A DNA stretch of 63,907 bases, counting the filler, from Octopus bimaculoides (taxonomy: Eukaryota): NCBI RefSeq assembly GCF_001194135.2. It is 6 parts of 6 records of this genome, joined end to end, with 100 filler letters (N's around TTAATTAATTAA, not from the genome) between each part and the next. Parts side by side here need not be neighbours in the genome. Positions count along the whole stretch, not along the records: positions 13,632 to 33,758 come from NC_068985.1; 5 more parts are not named here. One strand, written 5' to 3'. How positions within the stretch are numbered: position 1 is the stretch's first letter; each line of letters opens with the position of its first letter. Of this stretch, positions 13,576 through 25,930 are shown one piece after another. Made by a program: the position numbers and the translations under genes. The notes beneath the pieces are model-generated. The model ran no database searches, had not been told where the DNA came from, and saw only the letters and a list, made by a program, of their open reading frames with translations.

Positions 13576-13587
13576 TTAATTAATTAA
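13576..13587. other. artificial six-frame-stop linker in 100-bp gap
   Basis: TTAATTAATTAA with 44 N each side. Confidence 0.95.
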
Positions 13588-13709
13588 NNNNNNNNNNNNN
13601 NNNNNNNNNNNNNNNNNNNNNNNNNNNNNNNCCCGATGGGACCGTCAGAACAAAGAACCCTCACACCTGGGTCATCTGAGCGCTCACCAGTGTAACCAGC
13701 TGGAAACGG

Positions 13710-13776
13710 GTACTTAGCCATTCTCAGGGCCGCAGCACAGGTCACTGCAGTACTAGAAACCAGAAAAACCAATCCC
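13710..13776 (-). ncRNA. candidate HDV-like ribozyme, partial fit
   Basis: By-eye fold: P1 GGGAUU/GGCCCU (one mismatch), P2 GUACU/AGUAC, P3 GCAG/CUGC, then G and GGCUAA. L3 atypical, P4 absent. Confidence 0.3.
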
Positions 13777-13833
13777 GCCTAGGGCGTACTAATACGTACT
13801 AAAACTATGTATATATATATATACATATGTGTG

Positions 13834-13890
<57 letters not shown>

Positions 13891-13959
13891 GCATGTATGT
13901 ATGTATGACAATAACCATAAACAAAGTGTCAAAGGAGAATAATGTATGTCAATTTAATG

Positions 13960-14170
13960 CTTTTATGGCTAACGAGATTGCTTCAACCTTTCAAAAGTCA
14001 ACTCGGTCATCAGAAGCAAATAAAAATAGCATACTTAGATTTATAAAGAGAAATGCTAAGTGTTTAAATGAAAACATGAATTAGAAAGTACACAGATGGA
14101 GGTGAAGGACTCAGAAACTAGGAAGAATTCTCTTCTCTTCGAGAGTAAGGAAGGAAAGAAATAGAGAGTT
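13960..14170 (+). pseudogene. possible CR1/L2 LINE C-terminal remnant
   Basis: EANKNSILRFIKRN resembles KANxILGxIKR after the RT domain; weak. Confidence 0.3.
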
Positions 14171-14389
14171 TCCATTTGCATCTTGTAGAGTGATTCTTTG
14201 CTCGACTTAAGAGAAATAGTGTGCGCTCAATATATGTATACAGATGGGTACAAGTATGGAGATATGGTGGAATTAGCTTATGAGGTCTGGGTAATGTGGC
14301 GTATGAGTATATATATTAAGAAAATTGAAATGTGTATTGATGCAAGCGCGCGGAATAATAATAGTGACGTCCATTGGTTATCAGTCTTT

Positions 14390-14790
14390 CGTGTTTAACT
14401 TGTTGCACTCATTAGAATGCGGCTAACCTAGGGCACCGCCTTGAAGGGTTTAGTAGAACAAATTGATTCGAGTATTTACATTATACGCCTAGACCCTATT
14501 CTATTGCACTATTTTGCCTAATTTCTAAATTACGGAGACGTAAACAAAACAACATCGTTGTCAACCGGCGGAGGGGGACAAGTACAAACAAAATCATACA
14601 TGCACACAAAGAGAGACACAAACACAAACACATCCGCACATATAAACGCTTTAGTTTCCGTCTACTAAATCCACTCGCAAGGCTTTTCTGGGCCTAGGTC
14701 GAGAATACAAGACGCATTCCTGAGGTGCCGTGCAGTGGGACAGAATACAAAACCATATCATAAAGAAGTTTCTTAGCTGCACAGCCACAA
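14390..14790 (-). mobile_element. tRNA-derived SINE family B with central (TG)n, diverged
   Basis: Head with GAGTGGATT.AGTAGACGGAAACT.AAG, central CA/TG tract, tail with AAGGCGGTGCCC; many homologues in window. Confidence 0.8.
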
Positions 14791-15409
14791 CTGTGCCGGA
14801 AAGTGGTGTTGATGTGTTTGCGACTGCATGTACAAAATGAAGCCGGGGAAGGCTTATACAAATGTATGAATATGAGTTATAAAAAAAAGAGAAAACTACA
14901 AATGCCCAGATATTTCAGTTTCATCATAACAAGAATATTCAAAGAAATTGATAAATTTCTAAAGAAATCCCTTATTATGTGTTCCTATATGTAGCTGAAG
15001 GCTGATCAGAAAAACAAAATTTCCACTTTGTTAACCTATTATTTCCTCAACTGCCATTTAAATCATGAAGTATTCTGTGAAAGACGCCCGAAGTTTCATT
15101 ACGTACGCTACTATTACATAACTTTTTTTATAAATGACTCACACTTGTCTATTACGTCCACCCTTGCATCATATATATAAAAATGTTTGTATGTCTATGT
15201 GTGTGTCTATGTGTGTATGTGTGTGTGTGTTAGAGAATGGATGTATTTTATTTGGGAGAGTGTTGTTTTGAGCATGAGTGTATGCACGTCTCTCTGTGTC
15301 TCTGTATCTCTCCTTCTCTCTCTCACTGTGCTGCACACGCATAGACACACATACGTGTGTGTGTGTGCGTGTGTGCGTGTGCGTGCGTGTGTGTGTGTAT
15401 ATATGTATG

Positions 15410-15444
<35 letters not shown>

Positions 15445-15464
15445 TCTTTACTCTTTACTCTTTT

Positions 15465-15661
15465 ACTTGTTTCAGTCATTTTTGACTGCGACCATGCTGT
15501 AGCACCGCCTTTAGTCGAGAAAATCGACCCCAGGACTTATTCTTTGTAAGCCTAGTACTTATTCGAGCGGTCTCTTTTTGCCGAACAGCTAAGTTACGGG
15601 GACGTAAACACACCATCATCGGTTGTCAAGTGATGGTGGGGGGACAAACACAGACACACAA

Positions 15662-15694
<33 letters not shown>

Positions 15695-15831
15695 CATATA
15701 TACGACGGGCTTCTTTCAGTTCCCGTCTACCAAATCCACTCACAAGGTCGGCCCGAGGCTATAATAGAAGACACTTACCCAAGGTGCCACGCAGTGGGAC
15801 TGAACCCAGAATCATGTGGATGGTAAGCAAG
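15465..15831 (-). mobile_element. SINE family B, cut by gap
   Basis: GGTTCAGTCCCACTGCGTGGCACCTTGGG, GTGGATTTGGTAGACGGGAACTGAAAGAAGCCCGTCG, central microsatellite, tail CAGTCAAAAATGACTGAAAC. Confidence 0.9.
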
Positions 15832-16510
15832 NNNNNNNNNNNNNNNNNNNNNNNNNNNNNNNNNNNNNNNNNNNNNNNNNNNNNNNNNNNNNNNNNNNNN
15901 NNNNNNNNNNNNNNNNNNNNNNNNNNNNNNNNNNNNNNNNNNNNNNNNNNNNNNNNNNNNNNNNNNNNNNNNNNNNNNNNNNNNNNNNNNNNNNNNNNNN
16001 NNNNNNNNNNNNNNNNNNNNNNNNNNNNNNNNNNNNNNNNNNNNNNNNNNNNNNNNNNNNNNNNNNNNNNNNNATGTGCCCCCTTGTTAGGCAAGGTAGG
16101 CAGTGCCTACCTTAAATAAAATAGATCGATAGCCACATTTTCTTTATATGGCAAAGTATGCATCTGATTCAATATAATTATGAAGGTTACTCTGATTACT
16201 ATGCATAAAATGCAAAATTTTTTTTTTTTTTGTAGATTAGGTTGACATTATTCGCCCCTGCCTTTCAATCTCATTATTTAAGTTACGCATCATACGGCTG
16301 TAGTACGCGTGCTGTGTACATTCCTACAACAACGTTTTCTTTCCGTTCTACAAAGGCAGAAGTGAATCTGCCTTCAACTCAGTTGCGCCTGTGTTTCGCT
16401 TATTTTTTGTGTTTTACTACATAAAGTTCACCAACTGCCTACCCTGAGTAATTACTGACGGCTCGTGCCTCATGTATAAACTTACATATATGTATATATA
16501 AAGGCATATA

Positions 16511-18809
16511 TAAAGGGTGTCCACAAACTAATTAGACATATAGGACCCTTTATCAAAATTACAACCGAAGCTGGATACTGTTGAAATGTCTACATATGAA
16601 GTAAATAGTGAAGCTTATATACAAATAGTTAATAAATTTCTTCATGGACCCAAAATGTTGTGCGTAGGACATCTAAGTGACATTCAGTTCCTGAACATAT
16701 GCTTTTTAATACACCTTCCTGAATCGTCGCAATAACAGCAATTATTCTCTGCTTAAGGCCATCCAAGTCAGTTGCTTTAATGTGGTACATAATATCTTCC
16801 ATAAACTCCACAAGAAAAGTCCACAGACATTGACATTTGGTGAACAACAGGGTCAAGAAATGAGGCCACCTCTTCCAACCCTTTCCCGAAACCTTTAATT
16901 TAAAAATCTGCTTATATTTATTCCCCAATGAAACGGAACTCCATTTTGCCACTGAATAACATTTGGATTGTATGTGAAACGACCTGAGCGGATTGCACTC
17001 GCCTCGTATACTATCCACTCAACTAGTTCCCTCCCATATTCCATGTAATTAAACCTGGCCTTGTCACGTTGTTATGTGTTCCCTATAAGAAGCTGCCATC
17101 GACAAGAAATATGATTTATTTTATTTCTGTCATCAATGTTATGACCTCCTGTCAAATTTCAGGCCTTTGACTGCCGGCAACCCGGATATACCACCTTAGT
17201 ACTAGCTGCTACTCTGCAGCAAGGTCACTACCACCAAACAACCCCATGAGAAGGACCACCAATTTCCAATCCCCAACGCTTATCAATTCCCATCACTTAC
17301 CAATCCTCAATGCTTGTTATGCACATGTATATTCATGAATGCGCGCGCGAGAGAGAGCGCATGTGCGCGCACACTAATATGCATGCGTGTATACATATGT
17401 ACATATAAATGAATGCGTATGTGTGTCAGTGTATGCATATGTGTGTACGCATTTGTGTGTGACCGGCGCATATTCGTTCATACATGTGTGTGTGTGAGCG
17501 TGCATGTTTCTTCATATATGTGTGTGCGTGTGTGCCTGTGTGTGCGCGTGAGCATACGCGCACATGCACAGATGCACACGCTCGCATCAATACACACATA
17601 TAAAAAACCATATGAACGGGTCTACACACCTACATATACAACTATATACTTGCACCAACCGCCCCTTTTTACTTCCACTCCAGCAACCCGACCGATTACC
17701 TGTCCACCACGTGGTCGATCTCCTGTCCATGATGAGGTAAACTTTCCAAGTAACTGTTCCTCATATACCAACACCAGACCACAACACCTCGTTGCTTTCC
17801 TCCACCGATCGCAGCCCATCTTACTGTAATAATAGTCAACGTCTGTCATTCAAATTCAAAATTTTTGAAGACAAGCACCAGGCTTGAAACTCAAGAGTAC
17901 CAACGAATTTGAATCAAATGGTTTAGATACATCCACATATATATATATATATATAAGGTGTGGCATAAGGTATTCCTTTAAAACATCAAGGTAAGTGTCA
18001 GTTGTTATTCTTTTCTAAAAGTAAAAATGAAGCAAGATCTTGGTTGCACAAAATTCTGCATCATACATTGACCTCTGGGTTGTCACTTTCGATTTCTCTA
18101 GTAATTTGAGGAGCTTTTGATTCCCAAATTCTTGCATTATACTTGTTAAGTTTTTCCTGAGACGTGGAATGTTGCCTCATCCATAAACAAATGCAATAAA
18201 TGAAGTCATCTTCGAATTTTGCAGGATAGTAATAGCAAATCATTATCCTTTTGATTTATTTATTTTGACTGCTTGCAATGATTGAATTTTATGTTCATAA
18301 AACCTCATATCCTTATGGAAAACTTCATGACTTGTTGATCTCAGTAGTTGCAGTTGAGGGGAAGCTTACGGATAGACTTAGAGGGGGAGCAATGATATGA
18401 CTGTCGGATACGCTCAATGTCTTATTGAGATGTTCTTCGCTTTCCAGTCCTTGATATATGTAGCATTATCCATGTTTCCATATATTGCTTATGCCAGTTG
18501 CAAATCGTCTGACGTGCCGGTGCTTCTTTCCATATTTAGTAGGGTAATTTCGTCATACTTGAATACCACCCTTTGTTTTGATAAACCATGATACGCATTG
18601 CGTGTATTTTTGTGGAGTAGTAATTCTCAAAACATAAAACAACATGAACTGCAGTATTAGACTAAGAGTATGACGTTAATAAAATTATCAATATCATCAA
18701 AATATAACTTTAATAACATTAATATGAAACAAGAATTGAGTTGCCACCTCTTCTAAGATTTACGAAATGAACTTTTGAAAGTGTTGAAAGACTATATGGA
18801 CAACTTGTA
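16511..18809 (-). mobile_element. near full-length Tc1/mariner-superfamily transposon, decayed and split by an insert
   Basis: QCVSWFIKTK..Q..RNY.TKYG (N-terminal HTH, ~18600), FHKDMRFYEHKIQSLQA, DEATFHVSGK/LNKYNARIW (~18170), TDTYLDVL (~18000); after the insert QWQNGVPFHWG, GRGG, DLDGLKQRIIAVIATI, LDVLRT. TA-flanked degenerate ends A.G.TGTCCA.A at 16513 and 18807. Confidence 0.85.
16978..17955. mobile_element. unclassified ~1 kb insert inside the transposase
   Basis: Transposase homology stops at ~17955 and resumes at ~16978; interior has GC-richer unique DNA and a TG/CG microsatellite. Confidence 0.6.
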
Positions 18810-18817
18810 TATATACA

Positions 18818-18868
<51 letters not shown>

Positions 18869-19465
18869 GCATGTGTGTGTGTGTGTGTGTATTGTATATA
18901 TAAATATATATATTTTATATGTATATGCATATATATGCAATTGTATATGTGTGTGTACGTTTAAATGTATGGATGAATTTTTGTTTGTGTAAGTTTGTAT
19001 TGCGTTTTCACATACAACTATGTTCTTCACCGTTAGTTTTTTTCCACAAGTTTTTTCTTTTCTTTGTTCAAGTATTGACATTTACAGTTTTTCATCTCCA
19101 CTAACACTTCATCCTACGAGATTAGACATTTGCTTTTCATCGCGATACGATATGGTCCGCTGAAAAAAAAACAAAGCAATGAATCTTAGGTTTGCGAAAG
19201 ATATTGTCACATTGTGTAGCTATATGATACACAAAGGTCAGAAATCCTTTGAATGCTATCTAGATGGAAGTGTTAGTTATACCAAAAATTTATTATTACA
19301 TTCCAAGCTTTTGTAAAATTAATGAGAACAGTCTTTATAAGAAATGATTTACATCTCTGAAGAGACGTTTTAAACATTTCAAGACAGAGTTCTATATCTA
19401 GTTTTGTTTCTTTCTTTTTTAAATATTACTCTCTTCTATCATCTTTCAAAAACTTTTCGTTGCAC

Positions 19466-19653
19466 ATATGCAGTAATTCGGACTTAGTACATGTAGATGA
19501 AAACTGTTCATATATGCGGTGCCACAAACTGTTAGCCCATTGATCTCTAATAATATGTGATAAATTTATCCATGTACGTGCAATGAAGTTTCGGTTATTG
19601 CTGTGGAAATCTTGATCATCCAGCTGTTCGATATTGAATTACAAAAGGCGTAA
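19466..19653 (+). repeat. 188-bp exact duplication, copy 1
   Basis: Identical to 20078-20265 by direct comparison. Confidence 0.95.
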
Positions 19654-19971
19654 AACAATTCCAATGTTGAAGTTAGGTCTTGGAACAATTGCATGCAACT
19701 CCGAGATTTGATGTTAGACATGATCATAATTAGATGATTTATCTCAGAATTTTCAAAAATCACGTTTCAGAAATGAGTTTCTTACTTGTTATCAAAACAC
19801 GACTCTTTTTTCTGTTAGTCATAAGCATACATACATATACACATATATATATATATTATGTGTGTACTTTCATGAATCGCATTTAAAAATGCTGATATAG
19901 TTTCTTAAAATCATTCCTCAGGAATAATCCCCAACCTGGCATTTTTAAAAAAATTTATTCTTGGCATGATT

Positions 19972-20005
<34 letters not shown>

Positions 20006-20077
20006 GAAAGAGATACAACAACCAGAATGACACAAAAGAATCTAGGGGCAGAGTCTAAAGTCAAAATTTAGATATCG

Positions 20078-20265
20078 ATATGCAGTAATTCGGACTTAGT
20101 ACATGTAGATGAAAACTGTTCATATATGCGGTGCCACAAACTGTTAGCCCATTGATCTCTAATAATATGTGATAAATTTATCCATGTACGTGCAATGAAG
20201 TTTCGGTTATTGCTGTGGAAATCTTGATCATCCAGCTGTTCGATATTGAATTACAAAAGGCGTAA
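20078..20265 (+). repeat. 188-bp exact duplication, copy 2
   Basis: Identical to 19466-19653; offset 612 bp. Confidence 0.95.
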
Positions 20266-23200
20266 TTTCATTGCATCCATACAGTTAAGTATGTATTAAT
20301 CCACTTACAAATAGCATATAATCGATGGTCACTGTAGACAAAATGTATTGGAGTTTGATATATTCAACCTTTTTTCAAACAGACATTCCTGTTAGACCAA
20401 TGTCATTCTGCTTTTAATATTTCATTGCTACTATTGAAAAGAAGATATTTATCTATACGGCTTTGTTCTACAGCAAAACATTCATATTTAAAATGAAATG
20501 GCAAAGTTATCATTTACGTAATTTTCAAAGCATTCATGTTCATTTGACAATAAAGATAATATCTCTTACATTGAAGTTAACAATACAAACCTATAAATAT
20601 GCAAGAGAGTCAACTTTGAAAGTTCTTTTCAATACCGTGTGGACTCGGTGTATGGGAATTGCAAAGAATTGTTTCCGTTTTGCTTGAAGAAGTGAAGTCT
20701 GAAACGGAAAAAAAGATCTTTAAAGAGCATTATTGTGATCATTCTGTTGTTTATTGAAATAAGATATAATCGTTATAGGCACAAATGTAATTAAGTCAAA
20801 TTCTCGTAAATCTTCTAGGTTTAGCATCAAAATATACGGCGAAATGTTTCTATAGATGCCGGTGCGAGCGGAGAATTATTTTATACAAATGATTCAGTCA
20901 TGTAGAGATTTAACAATTACAGACGCTTCGTAGTTAATATTGTAATTTACAAATTAGCTTCCGGCCATGTTTTAAACAAACAGAATTTGTGTCTCACTTT
21001 AAAAAAGTCGAAAATGAAGCCGTTTAATACTACGATGCATGGCTACATATTTGTAAGAAGGTATAAGGAGTGATCCTCATAGTAATTGTATCGATATTAG
21101 TTACTGGGAAATAACTGAGTCAGAATTAAGTGGTATAGTTTACAGGATTTAAAGAATCATTTTGATGGATGTTGCTTCTCGTGTCAGGGGCAAAAATAAT
21201 AGAACACCATCGAGTATTGATCCACAGAAAATAATTGGTTATGATTTTTGTGTGTTGTTAATTCAATGCAAAGAAAATTACTTGAAAATATTTCTTTGTG
21301 TGTAGCATCGCTAATGTATTAATGTAAAATATATGAGGAATGGCTACCGTTTAGGCAGCATAGATACATACGAGTGAGAAACACGTCTACTGACTTAATG
21401 AAGTTCTCAGTACATGAAAGTACATTTTTCAGATTTTAGTTAACACCCTACCATCATATTGAATAATTCTTCAAGTCTTTATACATAAAAAAGGGAATCT
21501 ACGGGGAGCTCATATTTTTTTACGAATTGGAACGGAGGAACTTCCCGCTTGTTCATTTATTCCAAAATATAATATACCTCGTACATATTAGTGCATTTAT
21601 TCCTTATCTTAACTAAGAACATCCTTTGTTATTTCTTGGGATAGTCCATATATAAAATGTTAAGTTATAAGGGAATTTCGTCCCTTTTATTCATTGCAGA
21701 GGGTGGGTCTGGTTTAATTGTGACATATTTATTTCTTTCAGTAATTCATAAAATTTACATTTATAAGATCAAGTATAGTCTTTCTTTTTTCTGCTGAAAA
21801 TAGTATAATCAAAAATTCAATACATTTTGTTAAAGAGTCGAGCCATTAGTACATGGAAGTAAAAATCTATAGAATTCTGATAACTCGAGTTGCAAATATA
21901 AGATATTCTGAGAAACTTCGTTCGTATAATAACTTGTTATATTGTATAAGGTATAATTAATTCCATATGATATACTTTCATGGAAATCTATGATAGTATG
22001 AGCAATTTAACTTCAAATTCAAGCTAAATTAAACAAGTATTTCGATTCTGATAAATTATTAAGCATTTTAAGTATATCATTCTCTACAATAAATTATTAA
22101 TGAATGTAGTTGTTTCACGAGCTTCAGTTTTCCCCCCGAAGGAACAGAACTGTTTTCAAAACATTCATCTACTTTCATCTCATGGCTTTTGAGGGCTTGT
22201 GTTCCTCATAAAGATTATATAATGCGAGTGTAATACGAAAGAGATCTTGGCAAGTATCATTAGCAAATTCATCTCTCATATACAGACTGCCTGTAATGCG
22301 TTTTATTTGCATACGTTTATGAATTAGACGTGTTTCAATCAATTTTCTGACCTGTCCAAATATTTGAGTTTTATGTACAATACTGAACGAATGAAAGTAC
22401 CAACAGTGCAGATGGTGAATGTTTGATTTATTGTGATTTACACTAATCAAATCCTTATATAATTCAATGTGATTATAGACATAAATTCTTATATATCATC
22501 ATGAATAAGTATATATCTGTACAATTTTCCAGTCTGATATGCCGCGACAAATCAAAATGCTCCTCATGTTATTAAATACTACGCTCAATCTAAATATTAA
22601 TAAAAAAAATCGTTTAGCAGCCACATCAAAACTTCAACATCAATTAGTAATCTTCATCAATGAATATATTGTTTTACATTCTACAAAGATAAGAATACGA
22701 AATTTGGTAAGTTTCGTCGATGTTACAAAACGATACCATTGATTAATTTATTTTACTTCAAAATGTTGTCAAATAAAGTACGCTTATATACCAAAATAAT
22801 TGAATACTTTGTTATGGAATCATTGAAATAATACGCACACATACACATGCGCGCATGCGCCTACACACCTAATAAAAGAATTAGGGAAAAAATCTATTTT
22901 AAAACTTACTTTGTTTTCGTTTAGCTAAAATTGCTCGCTAGATAAACAACTCTCTATGGTGCGAAATAAACACAACAGAGCTGCGATTGACTCTTCCATT
23001 AGTACATATAGTTATATTATAGACCTTATCGTGTGAAATGTTTTTTTTCGTCTGAAAGATAACGATTTATTGCATATCAGTAACATATCTTATTTCATTC
23101 ATATATTTACCATGAATAACCTATTTTCTTTAAATGAAGTGACAAGACTTGATTAAAATTAAATATTGAACTTTATGTAATTGCTAAATATACATATAAT

Positions 23201-24135
23201 TGATAATGATTTTCTTAAAATGTTATTAACCGTAGACTTTGATAAATCACTACCAATCGTAAACAGTATGATGCTTTCTAATATACTATAATCACATTCA
23301 GTTCTGATAGTTTCAGTTAACTAATTATTGAATTCTTTTATTTCCAGAGTATAACCGCATGTACATAGCCTGATGAATGAGACGATATATATTAAATAGG
23401 TCTTACAGTTTAGTATGTTAAACTCAAAAATACTTATAACTACGGTTTAATAAGGGCTCAATTCTTTTTGAGATAAACCTGTATCACTAAAATCGCATTT
23501 AGCTTGGGTGAATATCATCTGAAATATTCAAGGAGGTCAGGAAATTACTTGGACGGTTTATAGACTTGCTCATTGAGTTGGGTGATTGTAAATCCATGCA
23601 TCTACGGCTTTTCCTCATGAACATATGTATATATGTTGTGGCCTATTGAAATTAACCACTATTTTGCAATTATTCGTGTTATTAGCATCGCGATTTTGAA
23701 TATCAATTCAAAGGGCACACAATTTTATCAAATCAAACTAATTAATATACTGAACTTTTATAAAATCACATTTAGATCATAATGCTCCTGTAGAGAAATT
23801 TATGATTCTAGATTATATGTTTATTAAAAGTATTTTTTAGCTTGATAAAACAATCTTTAGTTTTGTGGCACTGTTGCCTCACAGTGAAAAATGTCATAGG
23901 CTTGTGTTTATTTTGTGGGATTTATTACAGTTGTGTCTCTTCTATATTGTATATCCTTTCACGGGCTCACAATTTCGGCCCACATGTATGAGTAGTCCAT
24001 CATGTGTACATATATCTTCACTCACATACATTTACTGACCTGCAAATGGCATTATTCTCATTTGTATGATTCGAATGTATTTTCTCTATTCATTCATCTT
24101 CATGAAAATAATTGATGTTTCATTCTTTACGGGCT

Positions 24136-24238
24136 TTGTCTACAACGTGTTATATACTGTTACTGACATTGTCCATCACGTGCTAGACACCGCTATTCAC
24201 ATTGTCTACCACGTGTTAGCCCTATCACCCAAATTGTC
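24136..24238. repeat. degenerate 33-bp tandem repeat x3
   Basis: TTGTC recurs at 24136, 24169, 24202, 24234 with ACGTG.TA at a constant offset. Confidence 0.8.
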
Positions 24239-24669
24239 AATCTCCAAGACGTCAGTAAATAACACTATTCTTCTCACTCCTTATACCTAAAATATAAAAT
24301 ACCTAAAATATAATAGTTCATGAGTTACACATAAGATAAACTGAAAATCTTGTAACTAATACTTACCTTATGGATAAATTACAAACTTTCTCATTGTTTC
24401 ATTTTTCATGCCGTTTTAGAAGGCGTTCTCATTTCAAAGATAGCCACTATTGCATTCCATCTAGGTTGCCTCTTACAGACAGATAATACTCCCAAATATT
24501 TCCATTACTCTAAAACACAAATCTTTCTTTCAAAGAACCATTATTTCAATGAGGTTAAATCTGTTTCTCACTTCGAAAATCAATATCATCTTAACATTTA
24601 TCCAAAGTAAGGCTCAATCAAATAACAATATGCAAACGCTAATACTGCACCGGTAATATAAGCTATGAA

Positions 24670-24900
24670 ACGCTATGCAGCAGCTTCTGTCATCCAAAAT
24701 ACTGCGTAGGAAACGTCTTGTAAAACTGGGTGCCTAATTCTTGCCTCCAATGTCTCAACGATGTTCCCATAATTCTGTTTCGAACACGCCATCTGTACAA
24801 ACCGCACCAATACAAGAATTACTCATTGATTAGCGCTGACATTTTACATGCTGCAAAATAATTGTCATAAAATGAAGCATAACGAAATTTGCATTGTTCT
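24670..24900 (-). pseudogene. possible hAT (Charlie/Buster-like) transposase remnant
   Basis: DNYF followed after a frameshift by CIGAVCTDG (cf. CVGVCTDGA); short motif only. Confidence 0.35.
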
Positions 24901-25930
24901 CGAGAATCTTCTCAGTTATTTCGAGAATTACGTACTATTTTCTATTTTTATTTCTAAATATCACCATCAAAAGATGTTGCAAGTCATTAGAGTTTAGCGA
25001 TTTTTAGGAGAAAATGTTACATCTTTTCTTTATATTAATTCTACTGGTAATTTGTGTTGTAGTAAATCTCTCAAGAATTAAAGCGTTCGTTTTTCATAAT
25101 GTGTATGACGTGGTGAGTCTAATGTTTTGTCTTGGCTGAAAAATTGAGTTTGAACATAATGTGAACGCACAGTGTTCAAGTATCGATTCTAGAGTTTAGA
25201 AAATTAATTTCTTGTGCGTCACTAATGCCCATAAGGATAACACGTAAACAGAGAAAAAAACTTCCGTTTTACTTTCTCCATACACATTTCTAGCCGAAAG
25301 CATATGTAAGCAAAAATTGTATGAGTAAAAAGCTTTCGAGATTTACAAATGTCAATTTCAGTATCTCTAGTTCTGAATTCAAGTTCTCCAGCATAGTCCG
25401 TCCCACCCCTCCATTCTTTGTCTCAGATAATTTTTTCATTCCTCGATTTCACAATGATAACCCTTTGCTCTTTGTATCGTAGATAAATTTGCAGGAGAAA
25501 AGGAATCTTAAATGAATAGTCAAATGTTATGTGTTTATGTGATTGTAGCAAAAGCTTTACTGTGGATGATTTAGTCTGTATTTTACCAAATGGTGTGGGA
25601 TTATTTATCTAACCTGATACAGCTGGTTTTAATTAAATTTCTGTCTTCAAATTTCGTTATACATACTTTCATAAATATACTCGGATACACACAAATGCAC
25701 ACAAACACACGAACGCACACACACATACACGCGCGCGCACACACGCACACACACATGTACAGATATCCATACGCATATATGTGTGTGTGTATGTGTGTGT
25801 ACATGGATGTTTACACATTCACCCATGTATGTAGAATATATATATATATATATATATTAGGGAGTAAAAATTGGAAAATTTATATCTTTAAATCACAGCA
25901 GGGGTGTGTACGTGATATAAGCTAGATTGA

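Noticed and set aside
13576-13587. Recurrent TTAATTAATTAA as a biological motif or CRISPR-like repeat
   Set aside because: Always centred in exactly 100 bp of N padding; assembly linker.
13976-14018. Hammerhead-like string on minus (UUGCUU-CUGAUGA...GAAA...AAGCAA)
   Set aside because: G at the cleavage position, no proper stem II closing pair, and it lies antisense to a probable LINE coding remnant.
17340-17375. CG/CA alternation as a functional Z-DNA element
   Set aside because: Short and part of a microsatellite of a kind found throughout the window.
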